Below are positions 1-8,560 of a stretch of DNA of 64,000 bases, piece after piece. A program made the translations under genes and the position numbers. The notes beneath the pieces were generated by a model, which searched no databases, was not told where the DNA came from, and saw nothing but the letters and a program-made list of their open reading frames with translations. How positions within the stretch are numbered: position 1 is the stretch's first letter; every line of letters begins with the position of its first letter. Source of the stretch: a bacterium. GTDB lineage: Bacteria > RBG-13-61-14 > DATKZS01. The stretch covers positions 1,088,001 through 1,152,000 of the forward strand of contig CAXXFL010000001.1 of the NCBI GenBank assembly GCA_963674965.2, in the 5' to 3' direction.

Positions 1-76
1 ATAACGGCCCCTTTTTCTCCGTCGTTCAGCATTTATTCTCCTCGAAAGCGCGCGCGGATGTTTACCGCTTGCATCT

Positions 77-775
77 TCAATCCCGGAAAACCAGCTTGCC
101 GCCAAGATGGCCCGCGTACGCGGCCGCGCCCAGCATGGCAAGATGGATAATTACATAGACGTACCTTACTCCGCCGGCGTCCGCCACCAGGGGATCGATA
201 AGACGCCATACGACCAGTAGCCAGCTAAGTCCGGTCACCACTATCCCCATTATAATCTTGGTCTTGAAGACCTTGGTCATGTATCCTTTGAATTTGATCC
301 GCCAGTCGATCCATCCGGAAAGCAAAACCAAAGGCATGGAAAGGGCCACCACGCCCAGGTTGAAAAAAGCCGCCAGGGACAGGGCGCTCGAGCTCGCGCC
401 CAGGAACGCGAGGCTCAGGTTGGCTAAATTTAAAACCACGGAGCCCAGCAGAAAAAAGACTATGACGGGAATAAGTCCGTTGGGAAAATGCACGGCTATG
501 GGATGGGCCTTGTTCTTGTGCATCAACTCTCCCAGCGCGCCCAGGGGAGGGGAAGGGGTCTCCGACTTCTCTTGCGCCTTCGCTTCTTCCTTTTTAGCCC
601 GTGCCTTGGCCTTGGCCCCGGCCATGCGGGCGTCGTATTCATCCTTGGCTTTTTTGCCCTCCTCGCCGGGCAGGCGCTCGAACTTGTCGCTCGAGGCCCC
701 GCAAACCGGGCATTTTTCCGGAGGTCCCTCTCCCTCGTGGATGTATCCGCAGACGGTGCATTTCCAGTAACTCAT
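77..775 (-). CDS. Rubredoxin-like (rubrerythrin-type) domain fused to a DUF2231-like 4-TM membrane domain
   Basis: N-terminal [24 protein letters not shown] (two CxxC). C-terminal HPIAVHFP, hydrophobic helices and GHLGGKLVF. Confidence 0.8.
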   Translation of the reverse strand: MSYWKCTVCGYIHEGEGPPEKCPVCGASSDKFERLPGEEGKKAKDEYDARMAGAKAKARAKKEEAKAQEKSETPSPPLGALGELMHKNKAHPIAVHFPNGLIPVIVFFLLGSVVLNLANLSLAFLGASSSALSLAAFFNLGVVALSMPLVLLSGWIDWRIKFKGYMTKVFKTKIIMGIVVTGLSWLLVVWRLIDPLVADAGGVRYVYVIIHLAMLGAAAYAGHLGGKLVFRD

Positions 776-971
776 TTAATCCTCCGCGCCGTTTCCGGCC
801 CCCGCGACAGGCGCCGGTAAGTTTAAGACGAATCCATTGGACCATAAATCTTTCATCATGAATTTATTTCATCCTTGCCCGCTTTGCAATAAAAAGAAGG
901 CGGAAAAATCCCGATGGGTGGTGACAATAAGGACATGGCATAGACCCTTGGCCCTCGTTTTGGAAAAAAAC

Positions 972-998
972 TAAAGGAATCGGAAATGGAAACGATAA
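972..998 (+). promoter_or_regulatory. Sigma-28 (FliA) promoter of flagellin
   Basis: TAAA (972-975), N15, AACGATAA (991-998) versus consensus TAAA-N15-GCCGATAA; 78 nt upstream of the flagellin ATG. Confidence 0.75.
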
Positions 999-1076
999 GA
1001 AGGTTAAGTGACTGGAGAAAAGACAGTTCAAAGATAAAAAAAGGTTAATCACCTACGACGCAAGGAGGAATAGAAA

Positions 1077-1913
1077 ATGGGATTAGTAATCAATAACAAC
1101 CCGGCATCGGTCAACGCGCAGCGCAACCTCAACTCGGCCAACATGAACCTCAACAAATCTCTGTCGAGGTTAAGCTCGGGCCTTCGGATCGTCACCGCCG
1201 GCGACGACGCCGCTGGACTCGCGATTTCGGAGAGCCTTCGTTCACAGGTGGCCAGCTTGGAGCAGGCCTCCCGCAACTCGATGGACGGCATCTCGATGCT
1301 GCAGATCGCGGAGGGCGCCCTCAATGAGGTCAGCTCGAAGCTGATCCGTCTTCGCGAGCTCACCATGCAGAGCGCCAACGGGACCGTCAGCGACGATCAG
1401 AAAGACATGCTCGACAGCGAGTTCCAGGCCCTGACCGACGAGATCGACCGTATCGCCAAGGCGACCAACTTCAACGGCAAGAAGCTCCTGGACGGCTCGA
1501 CCACCTCCGTGACCTTCCAGGTGGACGTGGGCACCACGGCCGACGTCGATACCTTCGCCGTCACCCTGACCTCGGCCCTGGCCTCCGACCTCGGGATCGA
1601 CACGCTCGACATCAGCTCCTCGGCCAGCGCCGACACCAACACGGCCCTTACCGCCATCGACGCCGCCATATCCTCGATCGTCGATATTCGGAGCGACCTC
1701 GGCGCCGCCCAGAACAGGCTCCAGACCACCATCAACAACCTGGGTATCGCCATCGAGAACAGCATCGCCGCCGAGTCCCGCATAAGAGACGTGGACGTGG
1801 CCAAGGAAACCTCGCAAATGGTCAAATACCAGATCATACAACAGGCGGGCGTCAGCGTCCTCAGTCAGGCCAACATGAACCCGCAGATCGCGCTCTCGCT
1901 CCTGCAAGGGTAA
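1077..1913 (+). CDS. fliC: Flagellin (short, 278 aa)
   Basis: N-terminal INNNPASVNAQRNL...RLSSGLRI...DDAAGLAISE. C-terminal RSDLGAAQNRL...AESRIRDVDVAKE...SVLSQAN...ALSLL. AAGGAGG SD. Confidence 0.97.
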   Translation: MGLVINNNPASVNAQRNLNSANMNLNKSLSRLSSGLRIVTAGDDAAGLAISESLRSQVASLEQASRNSMDGISMLQIAEGALNEVSSKLIRLRELTMQSANGTVSDDQKDMLDSEFQALTDEIDRIAKATNFNGKKLLDGSTTSVTFQVDVGTTADVDTFAVTLTSALASDLGIDTLDISSSASADTNTALTAIDAAISSIVDIRSDLGAAQNRLQTTINNLGIAIENSIAAESRIRDVDVAKETSQMVKYQIIQQAGVSVLSQANMNPQIALSLLQG

Positions 1914-1953
1914 ATGGGAGCTTGATATAAAACGGCGAAAGCCGCTACCCGGC

Positions 1954-1995
1954 CGGCCCGCGAGAAAAAAATCCTCGCGGGCCGCTCCTTTCTCT
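1954..1995 (+). terminator. Hairpin between convergent fliC and TPR genes, probable terminator
   Basis: cggcccgcgag / ctcgcgggccg 11-bp stem (1954-1984) followed by a pyrimidine-rich tract. Confidence 0.55.
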
Positions 1996-2006
1996 TTCCG
2001 TGCAAC

Positions 2007-2873
2007 CTAGGAATCCAGGAAGAACATGGCTTCCTCGTAATGGAATAAGATTTCCTCGCGGGAAGGACCATCGGGCGTGTTTTCGAGGGCGTCGCTGAAA
2101 TACTCGAGCGCCGACTCGGCGTCTCCGAGCTTATATAAAACCCAGCCCATTGTATCCATAAAGGCCGGGTTGGACGGCTGACCGTCGAGGGCCGAGTTCG
2201 CCAGCTCGAGAGCCTCGTCAAGGTCCACCGCCTCCTCGGCCAGGCTATAGGCAAGATTGTTTTGCAGCTCCGGTGAAGCGGGATTTATTAGATATGCGTC
2301 GAGGGCAAGGTCCGTCGCCAGCTCCAGGTCGCCCTCACCGTTCGCCGCCAGGGTGGCCATGCTCAGCAAATGAACGTCATCCGGAGAACTCTCCAAGAGC
2401 TCGTCCAAAAGAGCCTGGGCGTCAGCGTAGGCCCCCTCCCACAATAGCTTCGCCGCCAGTATGCGCTCCCGGTCGAAGGCTCCGAAATCATCGTAAAAGC
2501 CCCCCTCCTCCTCGGTATCCTCGAACCACGAGGCCTCGCTCGTGTCCCCCGAGTCCATTGCCGCTTCTTCATTCTTGGCGACCGTGTCTATGCCGTTACC
2601 GGCTCCCCGGTCTTCACCGATAAGCTGCTCGATCCAGCTCATGGCGTTGGTCGCCTCCAGGTGTCCGGGCGACAGGGCCAGGGCGGCCGCCAGGTCTTCA
2701 CGCGCGCCAAGGTAGTCCTTTCTATCGGCCTTTTCCATGGCCAGGGATACCTTGTCGTCCGCCAGATAGGAATTTTCCTGGGCCGGGCTTATATCGCCGC
2801 AACCGCCCTGAAAGATAAAGATTAAAAACATAAGCGGCCAGATCATCGCAAACGGTCGTTTTTTCATGTCCAT
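2007..2873 (-). CDS. Tetratricopeptide-repeat lipoprotein
   Basis: Signal peptide with lipobox-like QGG-C. TPR motifs (NNLAYSLAE...A...A; DTMGWVLYKLGD...A). Confidence 0.8.
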   Translation of the reverse strand: MDMKKRPFAMIWPLMFLIFIFQGGCGDISPAQENSYLADDKVSLAMEKADRKDYLGAREDLAAALALSPGHLEATNAMSWIEQLIGEDRGAGNGIDTVAKNEEAAMDSGDTSEASWFEDTEEEGGFYDDFGAFDRERILAAKLLWEGAYADAQALLDELLESSPDDVHLLSMATLAANGEGDLELATDLALDAYLINPASPELQNNLAYSLAEEAVDLDEALELANSALDGQPSNPAFMDTMGWVLYKLGDAESALEYFSDALENTPDGPSREEILFHYEEAMFFLDS

Positions 2874-3079
2874 GCCTCCGTGAGGGTTACATTCCTTTGG
2901 ACGCGAAATTTCTCATCCAGGTTCCAAACGCCCGGGTCAGGGAAAAGTTTTCCCTCAAAAAGCCCCAACCCTTCCTTTTCATGGACACGAAAAGGGCGCC
3001 TTTTTGCCTTCTTGGCTTTCTTGCGTGAAAATGACCAGGAATCGATCTCGCCGCCTCAAACTGCGGCCCAGGATTTTAT

Positions 3080-4498
3080 ATGAAGGAAAATGGACCTTTA
3101 ATCATTCTCACGGCCCAGCGGGTCTGGATGTACCGCAAGTTCCCGCCCTACGGCATTATGTACGTGGCCCGGGGGCTTCGGGAAGCCGGGTTCAGGGTCA
3201 GGATAATCCATCCCGAAACCGGCCGCGCCGGCGCCGTGGCTGAGGCCGTTAAAAAGGAGCGGCCCCTTTTCGTCGGCTTCAGCGTCATGCAGGGACCGCT
3301 TCTACTCGAGGACGTCGAGATATCTCGCGCCTTGCAAAAAGAAGGCATCCCCGTGGTATGGGGCGGCATCTTTCCCTCCATGCTGCCCGAGCTGGTCCTT
3401 TCCGCCGACTACGTCGATTACATCGTGACCGGCGAGGCCGAGTTGACCTCCGTCCAGTTCGCCCACGCCCTCGCCTCCGGCAAAAAGCCGGAGAACGTGG
3501 CGGGAGTCGGATACAGGGAAGACGGCGGCGTACGTCTCAATCCACCGGACCCGTTCCATAAGGACATCGACTCCTTTCGTCCGGACTGGGACCTCATCCG
3601 GATGAAAACATACCTCGAGGTATACCCCAAGTCCCAAAGCGTGCTCCTGCGCGTGCCCCTCTCGAGGGGATGCCCTTTCCCCTGCTCCTTTTGCTACAAC
3701 CAGGTGCAAAAAGACCGCAAGCTCTTCCGCATCCACGGCCACGAATGGGTAAGGCGCGAACTGGACTTCTTAAAGGACAAGTGGGGCGTCAACATGGTCC
3801 ACTGGGTGGGCGACAACCCCTTCTCGAAGCCCGAGGTGGGAAAAGAAATCATCGGCGCCGCCAAAACCCCCTGGATAAGCGCCACTCGAATCAACCTGGT
3901 GGACGAGGAATTCACGAGCTGGATGAAGGAAACCCAATGCCAATACCTCGGCTTCGGCATCGAAAGCGGCTCGGACCGGGTGCTCGAGATACTGAAGAAG
4001 GGCTTCACCGTCGACACCATAATAAAGGGCATCGGACACCTCGACAAGGCGGGCGTCTTCGGCGTGCTCAGCTGGATGCACCTTATCCCCGGCGAGACCA
4101 ACGAGGACAGGAAGATGACGCGAAAGCTCATGGACGAACTTTACCGCATGACCCCCCGGATATATCATAGCGGCGTCCATGGCCTGCGCCCGTGGCCGGG
4201 AACGATCTTTTGGGACGAGGCGGTCAAGATGGGTCTCGAGCCGCCCCGGACCCTCGAGGACTGGGCCCATTACCAGTACGTCAGCCCGCCCCTGTTTGGA
4301 TGGACCAAGGAGAGGCTCTACCGTTTGACGGTCATGAACCGCGTGCTTTACGGCCGGGCCAGGACCGCTCCACGCCTCGTGCCCGACTGGCAATACGAAA
4401 TCTTCCGGAGAAGATTCCTCCGCGGAAAATTCCCCGGCGCCCTCGAGGAAAAACTGGCCGCAAGTCCGCGCCTGAAAAAACACCTCGAGGATTTATAA
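3080..4498 (+). CDS. B12-binding radical SAM protein
   Basis: N-terminal PPYGIMYVA...VVWGGIFPS...GEAE cobalamin-binding domain. SRGCPFPCSFC (CxxxCxxC) and FGIESGS. Confidence 0.9.
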   Translation: MKENGPLIILTAQRVWMYRKFPPYGIMYVARGLREAGFRVRIIHPETGRAGAVAEAVKKERPLFVGFSVMQGPLLLEDVEISRALQKEGIPVVWGGIFPSMLPELVLSADYVDYIVTGEAELTSVQFAHALASGKKPENVAGVGYREDGGVRLNPPDPFHKDIDSFRPDWDLIRMKTYLEVYPKSQSVLLRVPLSRGCPFPCSFCYNQVQKDRKLFRIHGHEWVRRELDFLKDKWGVNMVHWVGDNPFSKPEVGKEIIGAAKTPWISATRINLVDEEFTSWMKETQCQYLGFGIESGSDRVLEILKKGFTVDTIIKGIGHLDKAGVFGVLSWMHLIPGETNEDRKMTRKLMDELYRMTPRIYHSGVHGLRPWPGTIFWDEAVKMGLEPPRTLEDWAHYQYVSPPLFGWTKERLYRLTVMNRVLYGRARTAPRLVPDWQYEIFRRRFLRGKFPGALEEKLAASPRLKKHLEDL

Positions 4499-4552
4499 TT
4501 TAGACTCCGGCCCCTCCGCTTTATTATCTTTCCTTTTCAGCGCGCCCCCGCC

Positions 4553-4579
4553 TAAAGACTCGGGTTTTCGAGCCGATAA
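4553..4579 (+). promoter_or_regulatory. Sigma-28 (FliA) promoter, perfect consensus
   Basis: TAAA (4553-4556), N15, GCCGATAA (4572-4579); 28 nt upstream of ORF 4608. Confidence 0.75.
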
Positions 4580-4607
4580 GATAGACGGTAACTATCAGGG
4601 GGTCTTA

Positions 4608-5297
4608 TTGAAAGTCAACCTTCGTCCAGCCGATCTTTACTGGCTTCCGCCTTCCCGGGAGGGAGCGGCGCGGGAAGTAGAGGAAAAAACCTTGCCCCAG
4701 GCCCGGACCGGGCCCACCCTGGTGCTTCTAAGCCGGGAAGCCGGAAAAGGGCGGGCCACGCGGCTGTTCGTCCATCGCTTTATGAAGGGTTTGGAGGAGT
4801 TTTGCCCGCGTCCCCTTTTCCCGCCCCTTCCCCCTTTCCGGCCGGAAGCCTCGGCCGAAGCCGTCGCCAGGGTCGTCTTCGACGCCACGCTCGAGATCTT
4901 CAGGGAATGGGCCCGGGCCCAGCCCCGGACGCCGGAGGCAAAACTGATCGCCAGGTTCCAGGCCCTTATCGAGAAGGAAATAATAACGAGCGCTAAAAGC
5001 TCCATCAAAGAGTTAAATCGAGAAGACGAGGATTTCCGGATATCCCGACTCGAGATCGAGGCCGTTAGCGCGTCCCTCTCGAGAAAGGCCGGGCTGTATT
5101 TCCGTACCCGCGCGGCCATGGCCCTGGAGGGACTTCACCGCCAATCGGAAACCAAATCCACACCTCCCGAGTACCGGCCACGAAACGCCGCCTTCCCCGG
5201 CTGGGCCGAAGTCGTATCCGGCTCCCCCTCCCGGGCGGCCCTGCTGGTGGGGACCGCTATCCTGTGCGCCATGCTGGTCATCTTCAAGATGATGTGA
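4608..5297 (+). CDS. Hypothetical protein, DUF5610-like helical segment plus C-terminal TM helix
   Basis: TTG start after AGGGGG. PEASAEAVARVVFDATLEIF...AQP...RFQALIE resembles DUF5610 proteins. Hydrophobic C-terminus. Confidence 0.55.
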   Translation: MKVNLRPADLYWLPPSREGAAREVEEKTLPQARTGPTLVLLSREAGKGRATRLFVHRFMKGLEEFCPRPLFPPLPPFRPEASAEAVARVVFDATLEIFREWARAQPRTPEAKLIARFQALIEKEIITSAKSSIKELNREDEDFRISRLEIEAVSASLSRKAGLYFRTRAAMALEGLHRQSETKSTPPEYRPRNAAFPGWAEVVSGSPSRAALLVGTAILCAMLVIFKMM

Positions 5298-5430
5298 GCT
5301 ATTGAATGAAAAAAAGTCCGCGCCTTTCCGATTTGCCGCAGAATAGGTCACCATGCCCGAGCCTGGCCTGACATGCATAAGGATATCCCGTTATAACGCT
5401 TGATAACCCGTCCCCAATGCGCGAGAAAAT

Positions 5431-5468
5431 AATTGTAATTGCGGTCCATCTCGGCCTAGAATATTAAC
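5431..5468 (+). repeat. 38-bp imperfect direct repeat, copy A (contains sigma-70-like promoter TTGTAA-N18-TAGAAT)
   Basis: aattgtaattgcggtccatctcggcctagaatattaac matches 7327-7364 at 32/38 positions. Confidence 0.8.
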
Positions 5469-5551
5469 GATGAAAAAAAAATTTCGCGCGACCGGATAAA
5501 GGCGCGTCCCGGGCCACGATGAGAACATGGAGAAACTCCAGGGAGTCCCAA

Positions 5552-5662
5552 ATGAATACATCGAAGGGGAAGACGGGAATAATACTGACGGGGATCGTTC
5601 TTGTTCTGGTAACGATGGTCATGGCTTGCGATCGCCAGCATTTTTTCACCCCGCCAAGGTGA
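5552..5662 (+). CDS. 36-aa lipoprotein-like micro-ORF or truncated lipoprotein gene
   Basis: AGGGAG SD. MNTSKGKTGIILTGIVLVLVTMVMA-CDRQHFFTPPR*: positive N-region, hydrophobic H-region, lipobox-like VMA-C. Confidence 0.45.
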   Translation: MNTSKGKTGIILTGIVLVLVTMVMACDRQHFFTPPR

Positions 5663-5693
5663 GGGTTATAAAATCCATCCCATATTATAATTG

Positions 5694-7127
5694 CTGAACT
5701 TTAGAACTTTTTAGTCTGGTTTGCACGTATCGACATTAAGCAGCCTCCTTGAGGGGCGTAATTTCCTCTGGTTTGGGGTCGGAATGGAAAGCGGGAGAAA
5801 TTCGCAAAGCCTTGTAGAAAGCGCGTCGGAGCCGACCGACGCTTGGGGGGCCGCTCGGGTCCCACCACGGTTCGGCCTCGATCTTTTCCGCCTCCGGGAC
5901 GCAAAGGGCAAGCAGGCCCAAAAGGCCGTAGGCGACCAGGCAGAGGTTGGCGTGGCGCTTGATGGCCGTGAACGACCTCTGGCGATAGTCGCCGAAACCG
6001 CCCGCCGTCTTCACCTCCCGGAACAACTCCTCGATCTTCCAGCGGCCCGAATACGTTTCCAGCGCCCGCTCCGGCTTCATCTCGACGTCGGTGGTGAAAA
6101 ACACGTTCATTTTTTTGCCGGAGCGCCGGGGGAAAATGATGACGAGTATCGGCTTGTCGCCGAGGGTGGCGCTGGGGACCATCACCCCGACGAAGGCCTC
6201 GATGGTAACGGTCTTGCCGTAAATCCTGGCCTTGATTTTTTCGCGCTTCGATCTTTTCAACCACAGTTGTTGGGGGCTGAACTTCTTGCCGCGCTTGGGC
6301 GGCCTTCCCGGACCATTCTTCCTTTTGGGGAGTTCGTAGAGCGCCGCGTTCGAGCGGAGGCGGCTGATCAGGACCACCTCTTTGCCGTCGAACTCGAGAC
6401 CGGCCAACTTGGCCTTGGCGTAGAGGTTGTCCACCACCAGGACCAGTCTCCGAGCGGGCCAGGAGAACCTTTTTATCATCATGGCGGCCAACTCGATCTT
6501 GGTTTTGAACTCCCATCCCTTGGGGCAAAACTTTTCCTGGACGAAGAGCAGCGCCGAGAGGGGGAAGGCGAACCACTTGCCCCCGCGCTCCCATAGAAGC
6601 GCCATCACCACCCAGCAGTGGCCGAGCACCCGGCGCTTTTGATGGCCGGGGTTTTTGTCCGTCGGGTCCGGGTAATAGCCCAGACCGAAGAACTTCTTGC
6701 CCCATTTCTTGACCAGGGTGTCGTCGACGGCGACGACGATCTCGTCCATGATCTTGAGTCGTTGGGCCACCAGGTCGAGCAGGCATTGACTCACCTTTTG
6801 GCAGGACCACCGGCCCTTGCGCATGAAAGCGTAGGGCGTGGTCCAGTGCATGACCCGGTGGACTTGGGTGAGGCGCATGACCTCGGTCACGCAGTGCTGG
6901 AGACCGAACAGCGCCGCGTGGGCGATAATGAAGGTCTGGAAGTGCTCGAACCCGGGCTTGGAGAAGCAGTTGACAAATACAAGCATCAGCGGCAACATAA
7001 GAGCTTGAGCGTTCATCAGCGTTCACTCCCGCGTTATGAGGGCCGATCACACCTCTCATTATACGGGAAAAACTGGTGAACGCTATTTTTACATGGTGGA
7101 ACATGGCTAAAAAGTTCTAAAGTTCAG
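5694..7127 (-). mobile_element. Intact insertion sequence (IS701-like/IS4 superfamily DDE), 1434 bp
   Basis: Perfect 21-bp terminal inverted repeats ctgaactttagaactttttag (5694-5714) / ctaaaaagttctaaagttcag (7107-7127). 8-bp direct target duplication TATAATTG (5686-5693 and 7128-7135). Confidence 0.93.
5736..7016 (-). CDS. DDE transposase (IS701-like, DDE_5-type)
   Basis: VAVDDTLVKKWGKKFFG, VVDNLY, SRLRSNAALY and YSGRWKIEELFREVK motifs; lies inside the TIRs. Confidence 0.9.
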   Translation of the reverse strand: MNAQALMLPLMLVFVNCFSKPGFEHFQTFIIAHAALFGLQHCVTEVMRLTQVHRVMHWTTPYAFMRKGRWSCQKVSQCLLDLVAQRLKIMDEIVVAVDDTLVKKWGKKFFGLGYYPDPTDKNPGHQKRRVLGHCWVVMALLWERGGKWFAFPLSALLFVQEKFCPKGWEFKTKIELAAMMIKRFSWPARRLVLVVDNLYAKAKLAGLEFDGKEVVLISRLRSNAALYELPKRKNGPGRPPKRGKKFSPQQLWLKRSKREKIKARIYGKTVTIEAFVGVMVPSATLGDKPILVIIFPRRSGKKMNVFFTTDVEMKPERALETYSGRWKIEELFREVKTAGGFGDYRQRSFTAIKRHANLCLVAYGLLGLLALCVPEAEKIEAEPWWDPSGPPSVGRLRRAFYKALRISPAFHSDPKPEEITPLKEAA

Positions 7128-7196
7128 TATAATTGACACCGCATATCCATTCCCTTGCCGATTCGCCGACTTCCGCTTTGCTCAATTCTAAATAAT

Positions 7197-7317
7197 CTGG
7201 ATGAATTTTTTGCCACCGCTTCAACCGCCGCGGCCAGGAGGAGCAACTCTTCGACCGACTGATCCTGGCCTGCGCCAGATCGACAGGGGTGATATTTTCG
7301 GAGTTAACCGCATAGCC
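7197..7317 (+). pseudogene. IS1595-family transposase C-terminal remnant with probable right end
   Basis: LDEF/[frameshift in T run]/CHRFNRRGQEEQLFDRLILACARSTGVIFSELTA* resembles the YLDEFCYRFNRR...LF.RL..AC C-terminus of IS1595 transposases. Ends ...gagttaaccgcatagcc. Confidence 0.75.
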
Positions 7318-7326
7318 ACATAAAAG

Positions 7327-7364
7327 AATTGTAATCCCGATCCATCTCGTCATAGAATAATAAC
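7327..7364 (+). repeat. 38-bp imperfect direct repeat, copy B (promoter-like, upstream of znuA)
   Basis: aattgtaatcccgatccatctcgtcatagaataataac; 32/38 identical to 5431-5468. Confidence 0.8.
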
Positions 7365-7475
7365 ATGGATGTAGATGAAGCACGCCTTGATATTGGCGCG
7401 TCAAGTGAAGACGTGTTTACTTATATCAATAACGAGACGGCAAATGAGCCGCCATTATAATAGAGAGAAAGAAGA

Positions 7476-8462
7476 ATGATTAAAAAGATTTTTACGGCAG
7501 CGTTGGCATTGTTTATATTTGGGGCCTTCGGATGCAGGCCGAAGGAGGAGAAAAAGCCCGAGACCGGGGAGGGTCTTTCCATCTTGTGCTCTTTTCTTCC
7601 CTTGTGGGTGTTTACGGTTAACGTGGTGGGCGGCCGTCCCGGCGTCGAGGTGGACGTTTTAATCCCGGGCCATCAGGGGCCGCACGACTATCAGCTTACG
7701 CCGGCCGACATGCAGAAGATCGAGGGGGCCAACCTTTTCATCGCCAACGGCTATCACTTGGAGGAGTTTCTGACCGACTCCCTTCGCGAGGCCCGTCCCG
7801 ATATGCGCGTATTGATGGCGGCCGAGACCGTGAAGCCGATCATGATCGGGGATGACGGCGCGGCCGTCATCCATCTCGAGGCGGAAGAAGGGCATGATGA
7901 GGACGAAGCTTCTGGCCACCATCATGACCATGGCGTGGGCGGCGTGGACCCCCACGTTTTCGCCAGTCCACGCGACGCGGCCAAGATGGTGAACGCCATC
8001 GCCCTCGAGCTTATCCGTCTCGATCCAGAGGGGGAGCCGACCTACCGGGCCAACGCCGAGGCCTACATGAAAAAGCTGGAGGCCCTGGCCGACGAGTTCA
8101 AGGCCGTCGTGTCCGGCGCGAAGAGCGCCAAGGTGGTCACCTTCCACAACTCCCTCAACTACCTGGCCCGCGACTGCGGCCTCGAGGTAGTGGGAGTAAT
8201 CGAGAGCTCGCCCGGACAGCAGCCCTCCGCCGGAGAACTGGCCGCCCTGGCCCGGACCATCCGGGAGCAGGGGGCGGTCGCCGTCCTGGGGGAGCCCCAG
8301 TTCTCGGACGCTTTGGCTCGGGTGCTGGCCGAGGAATCCGGCGCCCGCCTCTCGAGCCTGGACCCGGGGGCCACCGGCGACATGACGCCCGAGGCCTATG
8401 AAAAGACCATGAAGGCCAACCTGGCCACTCTGCGCAAGATACTGCCGCCTGAAAGCCCTTAG
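7476..8462 (+). CDS. znuA: Zn/Mn ABC transporter substrate-binding lipoprotein (cluster A-I)
   Basis: Lipobox AFG-C. GPHDYQLTP, His/acidic loop GHDEDEASGHHHDHG, DPHVF, VTFHNSLNYLA. Confidence 0.88.
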   Translation: MIKKIFTAALALFIFGAFGCRPKEEKKPETGEGLSILCSFLPLWVFTVNVVGGRPGVEVDVLIPGHQGPHDYQLTPADMQKIEGANLFIANGYHLEEFLTDSLREARPDMRVLMAAETVKPIMIGDDGAAVIHLEAEEGHDEDEASGHHHDHGVGGVDPHVFASPRDAAKMVNAIALELIRLDPEGEPTYRANAEAYMKKLEALADEFKAVVSGAKSAKVVTFHNSLNYLARDCGLEVVGVIESSPGQQPSAGELAALARTIREQGAVAVLGEPQFSDALARVLAEESGARLSSLDPGATGDMTPEAYEKTMKANLATLRKILPPESP

Positions 8463-8560
8463 ACTCAGGCTGGAAACGATCGGCCGTCAGGGCCGGTTTC
8501 ACGAATCGCGTCGCCAAGGTTATAATTCTTATTGCCCGGACGCGAGGCCAAGACCCATAC

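Noticed and set aside
5660-5690. Selenocysteine read-through at the TGA of the micro-ORF
   Set aside because: No SECIS-like hairpin, and an in-frame TAA follows within three codons.
7117-7404. 95-aa minus-strand ORF
   Set aside because: It is antisense to the IS1595 remnant and ends inside the IS TIR; no coherent protein features.
7365-7475. Zur/Fur box upstream of znuA
   Set aside because: AT-rich, but I could not identify a convincing palindrome matching a known Zur consensus.
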